DNA from: Candidatus Bathyarchaeota archaeon
Lineage (GTDB): Archaea > Thermoproteota > Bathyarchaeia > Bathyarchaeales > Bathycorpusculaceae
Assembly: GCA_963782525.1 (NCBI GenBank)
Contig: CAWAKC010000007.1
Span: forward strand, 288,001-352,000
DNA: 64,000 nucleotides
Direction: 5' to 3'
Shown one piece after another: positions 29,813-38,365 of the stretch; the first letter of the stretch is position 1, and each line of letters begins with the position of its first letter. Both the position numbers and the translations under genes were made by a program. The notes under the pieces are model-generated. The model did not search any database. It was not told the origin of the DNA and saw only the letters and a program-made list of their open reading frames with translations.

Positions 29813-30343
29813 ATGAAAATAGAGTACATCATAACTCCTGAGTTACGGGTCAAGTTGAAGGAACCTTTCGGCAGCTTGATTCAAGGCACCGTTGAAGAGA
29901 CGATGGCTAAACTGGAAAGCCTCATTGAAAAAGAGAAGCCGCCGATGATTATCTCTGTTGGCGATGTAGTTTCGAAGAACCTGCACCAATACAAGTTACA
30001 CCCACAACTCACCGTTATCGACAATATTTCTCTACGTAACCAGAAAACAGTGCCGCCTGATGCTCACGGTGAAGAAAGCCTTAACGTAAAAAATCCTCAG
30101 GGGACAATAACAGAAGAGTCATCAGCGGCAATTCAAAGAGTCTTAGCTAAAGGCGTGCATACTCACATCGTTGTAGATGGTGAGGAAGATCTGTTAACAC
30201 TCATAGCAGTTTTGTATGCTCCAGAAAACAGTTTTGTGATCTATGGCCAACCGCATTCAGGCGTTGTAGTCGTTAAAGTCACCGGCCAGAAAAAAGGTCA
30301 GGTACAAGAATTCTTAAATGCTATGAAAGTTTCGAAAAGCTAA
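29813..30343 (+). CDS. DUF359 GTP-dependent dephospho-CoA kinase
   Basis: SVGDVV, NPQG, DGEEDL, YGQP. Confidence 0.92.
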   Translation: MKIEYIITPELRVKLKEPFGSLIQGTVEETMAKLESLIEKEKPPMIISVGDVVSKNLHQYKLHPQLTVIDNISLRNQKTVPPDAHGEESLNVKNPQGTITEESSAAIQRVLAKGVHTHIVVDGEEDLLTLIAVLYAPENSFVIYGQPHSGVVVVKVTGQKKGQVQEFLNAMKVSKS

Positions 30344-30386
30344 ATAAGAAGTGTTCTGTATGATTTTACGCCTTAAGTGAACATTA

Positions 30387-30695
30387 ATGCAAGTCAAAAT
30401 AGATTCAACCAAGAACAACGCGCTTCTAAAACGGAAAGAAGTAGGTTTCACAATCTTTTCTGGTCCAAAAGAGAAAACTCCAAAACGGCTAGATGTAAAG
30501 AAAGCCGTTGCCGCTGAAATGCAATTGGGCGACGATGTAGTTTTCATTAAAAGAATGCGCACCAAAACAGGAACGAGCATAACCGTTGGAGTTGCAAACG
30601 TTTACCAGTCTGTTAATCAAGCAAATATTGTTGAGCCTGAATACATCAGGAAACGTAACAGTCCACCCAAACCCAAAGAAGAGGCGCCAGCATAA
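30387..30695 (+). CDS. rps24e: 30S ribosomal protein S24e
   Basis: NALLKRKE, TPKR, EPEY; synteny. Confidence 0.93.
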   Translation: MQVKIDSTKNNALLKRKEVGFTIFSGPKEKTPKRLDVKKAVAAEMQLGDDVVFIKRMRTKTGTSITVGVANVYQSVNQANIVEPEYIRKRNSPPKPKEEAPA

Positions 30696-30967
30696 TGCCA
30701 GCAGCTAAACCAGCACCCAAAAAAGAAGAAGCAAAACCAGCGGCAGCAGAAGCTGCACCAGCAACAAAATCAGCAAAGCCAGAGAAGAAACGCGAGAAAA
30801 AACACAAAGAAGAGAAGGGCGTCCATGCAATGTACAAGGCTGAAGGCGAAAAAATTTCCAGGGCACGCCCTACATGCGAGCGGTGTGGACCGGGCTACTT
30901 CATGGGAGACCACCATGATAGGTTCACTTGTGGGCACTGCGGCTTTACACGTTACAAGCCAAAATAA
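30695..30967 (+). CDS. rps27ae: 30S ribosomal protein S27ae with Ala/Lys/Pro-rich N-extension
   Basis: CERCGPGYFMGDHHDRFTCGHCG. Confidence 0.95.
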   Translation: MPAAKPAPKKEEAKPAAAEAAPATKSAKPEKKREKKHKEEKGVHAMYKAEGEKISRARPTCERCGPGYFMGDHHDRFTCGHCGFTRYKPK

Positions 30968-31019
30968 ATAGTAAGCAGTTTTAAATCTCCCAATCGCACT
31001 ATTTCTTTTTTGACCTACC

Positions 31020-31448
31020 ATGCTTAGAGTAAACGTAGTTATTACCAGTATTTCGGCAGAACGCTTCTGGGACATTCGAAAACCCATCCCCCCCATTCAA
31101 ATTAGCACTAACATTAACGTCGTGGGCATGGAAAAGAAGCAGGATGAATCTTTGGAAGTACCCTTTGTTTTATCGATTGGTTACAACCCATCAATCGCCC
31201 AAATGAGCCTCAAAGGAAACGCTTACGTTAACGGAGAAAAAAGTGAAGTTGACAAAGTTCTCAAGGATTACGAACAGAAGAAGCCGCCAGCCCAAATAAT
31301 AATCCAGTCAATATCAAACGTTGTCTTTGTCGAATCAGTTATAATCTCTAGGACCCTGAACATTCCGCCGGCGATTCCGTTGCCACAGATTCCTGAAGCA
31401 GGAAAACCTGTAAGCACCAAGCCCGAGGGACGAGACTACAGCGCCTAA
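31020..31448 (+). CDS. Hypothetical protein, possible SecB-like fold
   Basis: Four beta-strand pattern, two helices, C-terminal PPAIPLP. Confidence 0.55.
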   Translation: MLRVNVVITSISAERFWDIRKPIPPIQISTNINVVGMEKKQDESLEVPFVLSIGYNPSIAQMSLKGNAYVNGEKSEVDKVLKDYEQKKPPAQIIIQSISNVVFVESVIISRTLNIPPAIPLPQIPEAGKPVSTKPEGRDYSA

Positions 31449-32959
31449 AGGAACCCCTTAAACTTACGTGCCACAGCATCCGCCACCTTTAGCTCAACAG
31501 GGAAACTAAAGTTTCGGTGGCTCCAACGATATTTTTCAATCCTATTCATAATGCCATAAGCAAACTTGTATGCTACGTCACGTTCATTGATTCTTGATTG
31601 AGGATAGAATGCTAAGCGCGTAACTGCTGAGATCGTGTGTAGTTTTTCGATTTGCACCTTGCTATGCCATGGTGGATCAAAATGGAAGACTTGTACGCTT
31701 CCCCATTCTTCGAGCGTTTGCGGCGGCGTAAACTCCGACGGCAAATACTTCATTACCGTGCTTGGGAAGGGTGTGTAGACGAATATACCGTAGTGCTGAG
31801 TTTTAGGGTTTACCTTTCGCATCCTATCCATTAAATCGAAGGTTTTCGCTAAGTCCTCATCCGTTTCACCCGGCAGTCCGCTCATCCAGGATACATAGGG
31901 CTCGATGGATGGCGCCCAACGCTGTAGGTTCGCAACCGACTGCAACATTTCATCCGCCGTAACATCCTTACAGATGAGTTGCTGGAGACGATCTGAACCT
32001 GATTCGCCGCCAAAGTCTAGTTCAACGCAGCCGGCTTTCTCTAAGAGTTGGAGGAAATCTTTGTCGTAATTTGCGAGGTAATCAAATCGGCAGTTAGCTC
32101 TCCAGTGCACGCCTAACTTGCGATTTATGAGGCCTTGGCAAATTTCTTTAACCCGAAATTCATCCACGAAGACGTTGTCGTCGATTGGGTCAATGATTTT
32201 GATGTGTGGGTATTTCTTAGTTATGTATTCGATTTCGTCGAGCACCTTTTTTGCAGATTTGCCTCGCCACCGGTTTTTGTTGAAGATGGAGTTGTAGCAG
32301 AAACCGCATCGGTGTGGGCATCCTCGACTTGTTTGGATGTGGAAACGCCCTGATTTGAAAGCGGGATACTTGTCCATTTGGAGAAGTTCATAGGGCAACG
32401 CTATGGGTATGGAGTCTAAGTCGATTGTTTTTCCATCAGGGTTGCTTTTGATTGCCCCGTTAATGACATAGGTTATGCCTGCAACACCGTCGATGGGTCG
32501 GTTTAGCGCCAATGAGTTTGCCAAGTCTTTTATGATTAATTCGCCTTCGCCTCGAACAACAATATCAACGAAATCGTTGCTTGCGGTTTGTTCAGGCAGA
32601 AGAGTTGGATGAACACCGCCCCAAACAAGAGGGCAAGAGGGATTCTGAATCCGAAGGTAACGAGCGAACTCAAGGGCATACTTGATTTGCAAGCCGCTCA
32701 TGCAGCTTATTCCAACAAAAACTGGGGTTCCAACTTGGAAATGGCGGTAGTCTTCAAGGCGCATGTCAAGGATGCGCACGCTGAACCCGTCCTGTTTAAG
32801 TGAGGAGGCAATATGCAGAAGAGCTAGCGGAATCTGAGGGTCAGGAGCCTTAAATTTTCCAGGATAAACAAGTACAATGTCCTTTTGAGTATTGCCTGAA
32901 TGAAGGTTGCAAAAATGAGAAGCGCATGACTGTGGACTATACAAAAGGAAATGCCTCAA
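31445..32959 (-). CDS. Cobalamin-binding radical SAM protein
   Basis: WGGVHPT, VRGEGE, TSRGCPHRCGFC, GLPGET. Confidence 0.92.
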   Translation of the reverse strand: MRHFLLYSPQSCASHFCNLHSGNTQKDIVLVYPGKFKAPDPQIPLALLHIASSLKQDGFSVRILDMRLEDYRHFQVGTPVFVGISCMSGLQIKYALEFARYLRIQNPSCPLVWGGVHPTLLPEQTASNDFVDIVVRGEGELIIKDLANSLALNRPIDGVAGITYVINGAIKSNPDGKTIDLDSIPIALPYELLQMDKYPAFKSGRFHIQTSRGCPHRCGFCYNSIFNKNRWRGKSAKKVLDEIEYITKKYPHIKIIDPIDDNVFVDEFRVKEICQGLINRKLGVHWRANCRFDYLANYDKDFLQLLEKAGCVELDFGGESGSDRLQQLICKDVTADEMLQSVANLQRWAPSIEPYVSWMSGLPGETDEDLAKTFDLMDRMRKVNPKTQHYGIFVYTPFPSTVMKYLPSEFTPPQTLEEWGSVQVFHFDPPWHSKVQIEKLHTISAVTRLAFYPQSRINERDVAYKFAYGIMNRIEKYRWSHRNFSFPVELKVADAVARKFKGFL

Positions 32960-33037
32960 TAGATTTATTCAGAATTGCCCTATTAACACTTTACTAAATT
33001 GACGTTTGAAGAAGGATATCAAAATTAAAAGTCTAAT

Positions 33038-33059
33038 GCCGTTTCAAATTTGAAACGGC
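33038..33059. repeat. Perfect 22-bp palindrome GCCGTTTCAAATTTGAAACGGC
   Basis: Self-reverse-complementary, read directly. Confidence 0.9.
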
Positions 33060-33064
33060 CAAGA

Positions 33065-33120
33065 TACCAAGCCTATTTGGAAACTATATAGTTTATCGTT
33101 GCAGAAACCTGAAGGGGATA
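33065..33120. repeat. Dispersed ~55-bp intergenic repeat, copy 1
   Basis: TACCAA-CCTATTTGGA...TTGCAGAAACCT..AGGGG shared with 56122-56176. Confidence 0.65.
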
Positions 33121-33222
33121 GGCCTGTATTGATTTTTCAGCAGTAATTATTTGTTGAAGATGTTCAAAGTGATTCCTACGAAAGTTGACAAAACAAAATA
33201 GAAAATAAAGAAAGAAACTGGT

Positions 33223-33627
33223 TTATTTTAGTGGCACATACATTGATGAACGTGACGCACCGATACCTGGAGTTCCATGCCTAACGGGTTTGTTAGTTAT
33301 TGCGAATTCTCCAAGGTAATGACCAATCATTTCTGGCCTAATTTCCATGGCCACGAATTCTTTGCCATTGTGAACGGCGATTTTTGCGCTCACCATCTCT
33401 GGCAGAATGATAAGGTCTCGTACGTGTGTTTTTAAGCTGACGTCTTTGCCTTCTTTTTTGGCTTCTTTGGCTTCGCGTAGTTTTTCTAGCAGGATACGTT
33501 GTTCTGGTGTTAGTCCGCGTTGGAGGCTTCTGCGTTGGCGCGAGGGAAGCAAATTGATGAATTCATCCATAGACATGCCTGTTAAACTATTGAGGCTGTG
33601 TCCACGGTAGCTAAATTCTTTCGGCAT
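33223..33627 (-). CDS. rps19: 30S ribosomal protein S19
   Basis: [21 protein letters not shown]. Confidence 0.98.
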   Translation of the reverse strand: MPKEFSYRGHSLNSLTGMSMDEFINLLPSRQRRSLQRGLTPEQRILLEKLREAKEAKKEGKDVSLKTHVRDLIILPEMVSAKIAVHNGKEFVAMEIRPEMIGHYLGEFAITNKPVRHGTPGIGASRSSMYVPLK

Positions 33628-33672
33628 TTTTCATCTTTCCTAAACTTGTTTTTGTCCTCTATTATAGTTTCC

Positions 33673-34413
33673 TTAGCGGATTGCTCGTTTCTTCTTCTGT
33701 CCTGGACCTCTGGCTGCGATGAGTCCGACTTTCTGTCCTGGTGGAGCGCCATGCGAGGTAGTTGTGCATCTGCGAGAGCTGCGTTTACTGCTTCCGTATG
33801 GGTGAACTGCTGGAACCATTTTGCGACCGCTAGTTCTTGGATAAGTGTGACCTTTAGCTTTCATCAAGTGGAATTTTGCGCCTGCTTTCAGGAATGGCTT
33901 ATCGATTCTTCCAGAAGCGGAGATTACTCCGACGGTGGATAAGCAATAATCGTCAACGTAGCGTGTTCTGCCTGAAGGCAATCGAATCAGGGTGCCTTGC
34001 GGAGTGTGACCAACAACAGTTGCGTATGCGCCTGAAGACTTCGCCATCTTTCCTCCGTCACCTGGACGGAGTTCAAGATCGCAAACAATGGTTCCTTCAG
34101 GAACTTTTCCCAAAGGAATGATATTGCCTATTTCAGCTGGAGCTTTTCCGCCGTAGCAAATTTGCTGTCCAGTAAAAACGCCTTCTGGAACAACTGTGTA
34201 AATGGATAAGCCGTTCTCGAATTTTACAAGTGATAATGGGGCGCCGCGACCTGGGTCATGTACAAGTTCTGCTATTGTGCCCATTATTGAGGCTTCATAA
34301 GATTGTTTGGGTGCGATTGCTGGATACTTTGCTGGAGCAACACGTTTGTGAGTGTTGGCACGGAAGTTCCGTCCACCGCGACCACGTCTTTGAACACGAA
34401 TTCGTTTTCCCAT
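33673..34413 (-). CDS. rpl2: 50S ribosomal protein L2
   Basis: MGKRIRVQRRG, HDPGRGAP, PPGQKVGLIAAR. Confidence 0.98.
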   Translation of the reverse strand: MGKRIRVQRRGRGGRNFRANTHKRVAPAKYPAIAPKQSYEASIMGTIAELVHDPGRGAPLSLVKFENGLSIYTVVPEGVFTGQQICYGGKAPAEIGNIIPLGKVPEGTIVCDLELRPGDGGKMAKSSGAYATVVGHTPQGTLIRLPSGRTRYVDDYCLSTVGVISASGRIDKPFLKAGAKFHLMKAKGHTYPRTSGRKMVPAVHPYGSSKRSSRRCTTTSHGAPPGQKVGLIAARGPGQKKKRAIR

Positions 34414-34430
34414 AAGTCATGCCTTCTATG

Positions 34431-34691
34431 TTAGAGTATTCCAAGTTTAATTGCAACGTCTGAAGCTTTGAATTCTGGCTTTAGCTTCACGAACGCTTTC
34501 TTTACGCCCTGCGGAGTAATGAGCATGTTAATTTTGCTAACTTTAACTTCGTAGAGGGTTTCAACGGCGCGTTTAACGTCGGTTTTGCCTGCTTTGAGGT
34601 TGACTATGAAGATTAGTTTGTTGTCTCGTTCAACCATAACGCTTGCGGATTCTGTCATCAGTGGAAAATTGATTATTTCGTTAATGTCCAT
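34431..34691 (-). CDS. rpl23: 50S ribosomal protein L23
   Basis: PLMTE, KKAFVKL. Confidence 0.97.
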   Translation of the reverse strand: MDINEIINFPLMTESASVMVERDNKLIFIVNLKAGKTDVKRAVETLYEVKVSKINMLITPQGVKKAFVKLKPEFKASDVAIKLGIL

Positions 34692-34696
34692 TTTGT

Positions 34697-35476
34697 TTAT
34701 TCTCCATAAAGAGTGTTTAGTTTTTCTATTGCGCCGTTTGTCCAGACAGTTAATCTTCCTGGGTGGGTTCCTGGTGCAAGCATTTCAGTGTTAAGGTTAG
34801 TTACGGTTGTTACATCTACGCCTGGAAGGTTGCTGGCTGCGTTAACTAAGCTTTTTCCGTCGACAACTACGATTAGCGGTCCAACGGCTTGCTTCATTTT
34901 TCTGCCTCTACGCTTACCTTTCCCTGCGCGGACGCTGCGGCTGTCACGTACACGAGTTAAATCTTCAGCTATGCCAAGGCTTGTGAATGCTTCTTCAACT
35001 TGGCTTGCTTTAGTTAAGCCTTCAAGTATATCTTCAACCACTATCGGAAACTGTGGAACTTCCCCGATTTTGTGTCCGCGGGAAGTTACGGTTTCTTTCT
35101 GTGCGGTCGCTGCAATGGCAGAAATTAAAGCTAATTTTGCTTCCTTCTTTGGAATAGCGCGCAGTATTTTCTTTTCTGCTCTTGGCGGATGGGGTTGTCT
35201 TCCTTTAACTGTGCTTGGAGCAAAAGCTGCTCTGCCCGCACCGCTTTTCATGCGGGGAACTCTTGCAGTTGCGCTGCCAGTTCCTCGTGATTCTGCGGTG
35301 GTTTTCTTTCCAGCCATCGGGTCTCGGCCCTGCTTCTGTCTTCTGTTAGATTGAATCGCTAAGACGGCGCGTTTTATCACGTCTGGTCTTAGGGGTGTAG
35401 AGAAAACGCTTGGAAGCGCAATTTTACCTGTTGCTTTGCCTTGTAAGTCAAAGATTTCTGCTGTTTTTTGTGCCAT
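34697..35476 (-). CDS. rpl4: 50S ribosomal protein L4
   Basis: RAGKGKRRGR, LAPGTHPGRL. Confidence 0.97.
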   Translation of the reverse strand: MAQKTAEIFDLQGKATGKIALPSVFSTPLRPDVIKRAVLAIQSNRRQKQGRDPMAGKKTTAESRGTGSATARVPRMKSGAGRAAFAPSTVKGRQPHPPRAEKKILRAIPKKEAKLALISAIAATAQKETVTSRGHKIGEVPQFPIVVEDILEGLTKASQVEEAFTSLGIAEDLTRVRDSRSVRAGKGKRRGRKMKQAVGPLIVVVDGKSLVNAASNLPGVDVTTVTNLNTEMLAPGTHPGRLTVWTNGAIEKLNTLYGE

Positions 35477-35489
35477 GGCTTAATTCACC

Positions 35490-36506
35490 TTACTTTCCTT
35501 GTGGGGACTCCAGTGAGATATATGTGACTTGTGGTGCTGCTTCGGGAACTTCTGTTGGTGGACGTGCTGGGACTCTTAATCGGATTTGGCGTTTTTCTGT
35601 TCCAGGTATGCTGCCTTCGATTAAAACGTAGGGTCCGTTCACTTCTCCGTATCGGATGAAGCCGCCTTTAACGGTGACTTCTTTGCCGTTTTTACCGATT
35701 TTAAGGATGCGTTTGTTGAATTCGATGCGTTGGTGATAACCCATTTGGCCTGCTCGTGGAATAGAGTACATTAGGTGGTGTGGATTCCATGGACCTAAAG
35801 TTGCGATTCCTCGCTTGGTTTTTCTGCCTTTATGCTGCAGGCAAGTTACTCCCCAACGTTTAACTGGACCTTGGAAACCCTTGCCGACTGTGATTCCGCC
35901 GACGTCGATGTATTGTCCGTCTTTGAAGACTTCTTCAGGCGTCACGGTTTTGCCCAAGAGTTGCTTAGCATACTCGAATTGTTGGGCGATTGTTCCGCCG
36001 CCGATTTGGATTTCGCTTGTTTCAGGTTTCTTCTTTGAGAGGCTGGTTTGTGATGGTTGTGTGGCGGCGATGACGCGAACTATGTTTGTTTGTTCGAGGT
36101 TTTGCGAGAGTTTCTCAAGCATTGCTTCGGTGTTAAAGTTGTCTGGTAGAACCAGTTTTCTGTCAAGTATGGCTGGTGGGTCTTTCATCCAAGCTTCCGA
36201 TATGTTTTGGAGCCCGTATGGTGTTTTAGTGTAAGTTCTTATGCCACATACAAGGATAGGTGGTGTTTCTAGGATGGTCGCTGCTCGAGCAACTTCTTTT
36301 CCAAAATGAGGAGAACGTTTACGGTCCTCGATTGTAAATACATAAGTCATGCCTGCTTTGTAGGCTGCTGAAAAACCAAGTAACTTTGGAGATTCTGACT
36401 TTATTTCTGGCCAGTATCTTATGCGTGCTGTCGGTTTCTTCGCACGATGCCTTGGCAAATAGGCTAATGAACCATGTTTTGGAGCATGAGTTTTACGATG
36501 TCCCAT
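35490..36506 (-). CDS. rpl3: 50S ribosomal protein L3
   Basis: HGSLAYLPR, YKAGMT, GKGFQGPVKRWG. Confidence 0.97.
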   Translation of the reverse strand: MGHRKTHAPKHGSLAYLPRHRAKKPTARIRYWPEIKSESPKLLGFSAAYKAGMTYVFTIEDRKRSPHFGKEVARAATILETPPILVCGIRTYTKTPYGLQNISEAWMKDPPAILDRKLVLPDNFNTEAMLEKLSQNLEQTNIVRVIAATQPSQTSLSKKKPETSEIQIGGGTIAQQFEYAKQLLGKTVTPEEVFKDGQYIDVGGITVGKGFQGPVKRWGVTCLQHKGRKTKRGIATLGPWNPHHLMYSIPRAGQMGYHQRIEFNKRILKIGKNGKEVTVKGGFIRYGEVNGPYVLIEGSIPGTEKRQIRLRVPARPPTEVPEAAPQVTYISLESPQGK

Positions 36507-37223
36507 AGTACTTCCGCTTCGCGCCTTTAGCAAATAGTAGAAGGGGTTATAAACGTTGCCATCAAAAACGCAAAAGTGAGCGCAACCTTCGAAAAAGAAA
36601 TTTAGCAACTCAATTGCGTGAGTTGTTAGAGTATTTTAATTGTTAGCTATCTTTTGCAATGGATAAAGATTTCTGCTTTTAAAATAAACATTTTTTTGTT
36701 GGGTAGCATGTTGTTTGAGCAAAGCTTTGTGAAGACGTTTTCTTTGATCTTTAAAAACTGGCATGTGTATGCAATAATAGCTTTCAACCTTTATGTTGTT
36801 TGTGTAAAGTGTTAATAGAATTTTTTTTCACAACATTTGTTTCTCGCTAATTGCGATTTTTTGCCTTCTGTGATTTGGGTTAATTGTTGCAACCGCTTTG
36901 CAAAATGCAGGTGCAACAACAACTTCTCTGGCGCTTACTATCTCAACCAATTAAACCATCAAGATGGCAGAATACTGTAATTAGGTTAGTTTTGAAAGAT
37001 GCAACAGTCGATGTGCAAAACTTCAATTGCAGCAGCATCAGCAGCAGCAACTTTTATTTGATTTTGATTTGGTTGGTTTCGGATTGGGTTGTTTTCGGGG
37101 CTTTCAAGTTTGTGGTATGAGTTAGTTTGTGGATTCTCTCGGGCTCGATAAAAGGAGTGAACTGAAATTATCGTAGTCGCACTGAAAACTCTTTTAGCCA
37201 CAACACCAAATCATATGGCTGGA

Positions 37224-37348
37224 GCCGGGGTGGCGGAGTGGTTATCGCGCCAGCCTCGAGATCAAACAAAAGAGGGCTAAAGCCAGAAATGGCAAGATAG
37301 CTGGTGGGCTTCGTGCTCGCAGGGGTTCGAATCCCTTCCCCGGCGCCA
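37224..37348 (+). tRNA. tRNA-Ser(CGA) with a 38-nt intron at 37/38 (37261-37298) and encoded CCA
   Basis: Acceptor stem GCCGGGG/CCCCGGC, discriminator G, anticodon stem CCAGC/GCTGG, loop CT-CGA-G^A, long variable arm, GGTTCGAATCC T-arm. Confidence 0.92.
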
Positions 37349-37489
37349 TTAATCGTTTTATTTAGTTTTTCTGAAGCTTCAAACCTATTAACAAAAAATG
37401 GCTTGTTAGTCGAAACAGGATAAAATCCTAAAAGAGATAATATAGATTTTCAGCCAAAAACAACCACATCCGCAGTCCAATACTTTGTA

Positions 37490-37805
37490 GAAGAAGAAAA
37501 ACGGCTGATTCCCACAGAAAAAACCCGTTCTCCTTCTTTCCACCACAATCAAAGCCCAGTATAATTGAAAGAAGAAGACACTGACCTGCACACATCCACT
37601 GTCTTCTTCTACCTGTCAAGGGAAGAAGAAAAATCGGTTTTTCCCTAATAGCAATTTTGTCTTCTTCCAACTTAAAGCAAATTTCCTTTTGCGAGGCATC
37701 AATTAACGGGTAGAAGAGAAGGTTGTTGAGTTGCCACCGTCTTCTTCTTTTAAAACTATTATTCCAAAAGAACAACAACACTTGCAAATGGCGTGTTGTT
37801 GTTCT
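37490..37805. repeat. Array of five related inverted repeats, consensus about AGAAGAAGAC-Nx-GTCTTCTTCT
   Basis: Units at 37490-37536, 37570-37610, 37621-37668, 37712-37748, 37769-37805. Confidence 0.8.
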
Positions 37806-38059
37806 ACCATCAGTTGTTAATGCTCATCCACACCTTAGACGATAACGTTACAGCTACCTTCCACAGGTGAATATTGCTCCTAAAGTGAAAACCTCTTCTA
37901 CGAGTACTGTGTTCGATTGTCTGGTGCTTTAGGGCTGAGTAAACTTGTCAGCATTGACAAATTACAGTTAACTAATTTTATATTCAGGTTTTTACTAAGT
38001 TATAATCATTCGTTTTGGCGTTTTTTAATTAATGTTAGACACAGAGGTGATAAAAAGTA

Positions 38060-38365
38060 TTAAATAACAATTTGTTGAGTAATGATGGGTGATACTATTT
38101 CTGTTGCCCTTTCATCTATCCCTCCTGTGGTGATATCGAATGTCCATGTATCGTCAGGGTGTATTAGGGTAAGAGGTTTTGTAGAATAGGGTTTTATCCA
38201 CCGATTTCCTGCAACTTTTATGCATACGTCAACTCGAAAATCAGAATTGTTAACGTGATGAACGGACTCAAACAGATCATCTTAGCTTCCGTATAGCGGG
38301 ATATAGCTGAAAGAAATGGTTGGTGTTTCTTGGTTATCTAAAGTTTGGCTTTCCAAGTTGTTGGG
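38060..38365 (-). pseudogene. Decayed C-terminal domain of the GH17-like gene
   Basis: Same frame continues past the TAG: PTISFSYIPLYGS*...WIKPY...PLT...WTFDITTGGIDERATEI. Confidence 0.7.

Noticed and set aside
37261-37298. Second or nested tRNA intron (internal GCCA-GAAA-TGGC hairpin)
   Set aside because: A single 37/38 intron with a near-canonical BHB (one mismatch) already restores the cloverleaf
37406-37787. Minus-strand ORFs over the hairpin array
   Set aside because: Low-complexity translations driven by GAA/TTC runs, with no protein-like features
37490-37805. Hairpin array as a CRISPR array
   Set aside because: Units are not identical direct repeats, periods vary from 51 to 91 nt, and there are no cas genes in the window
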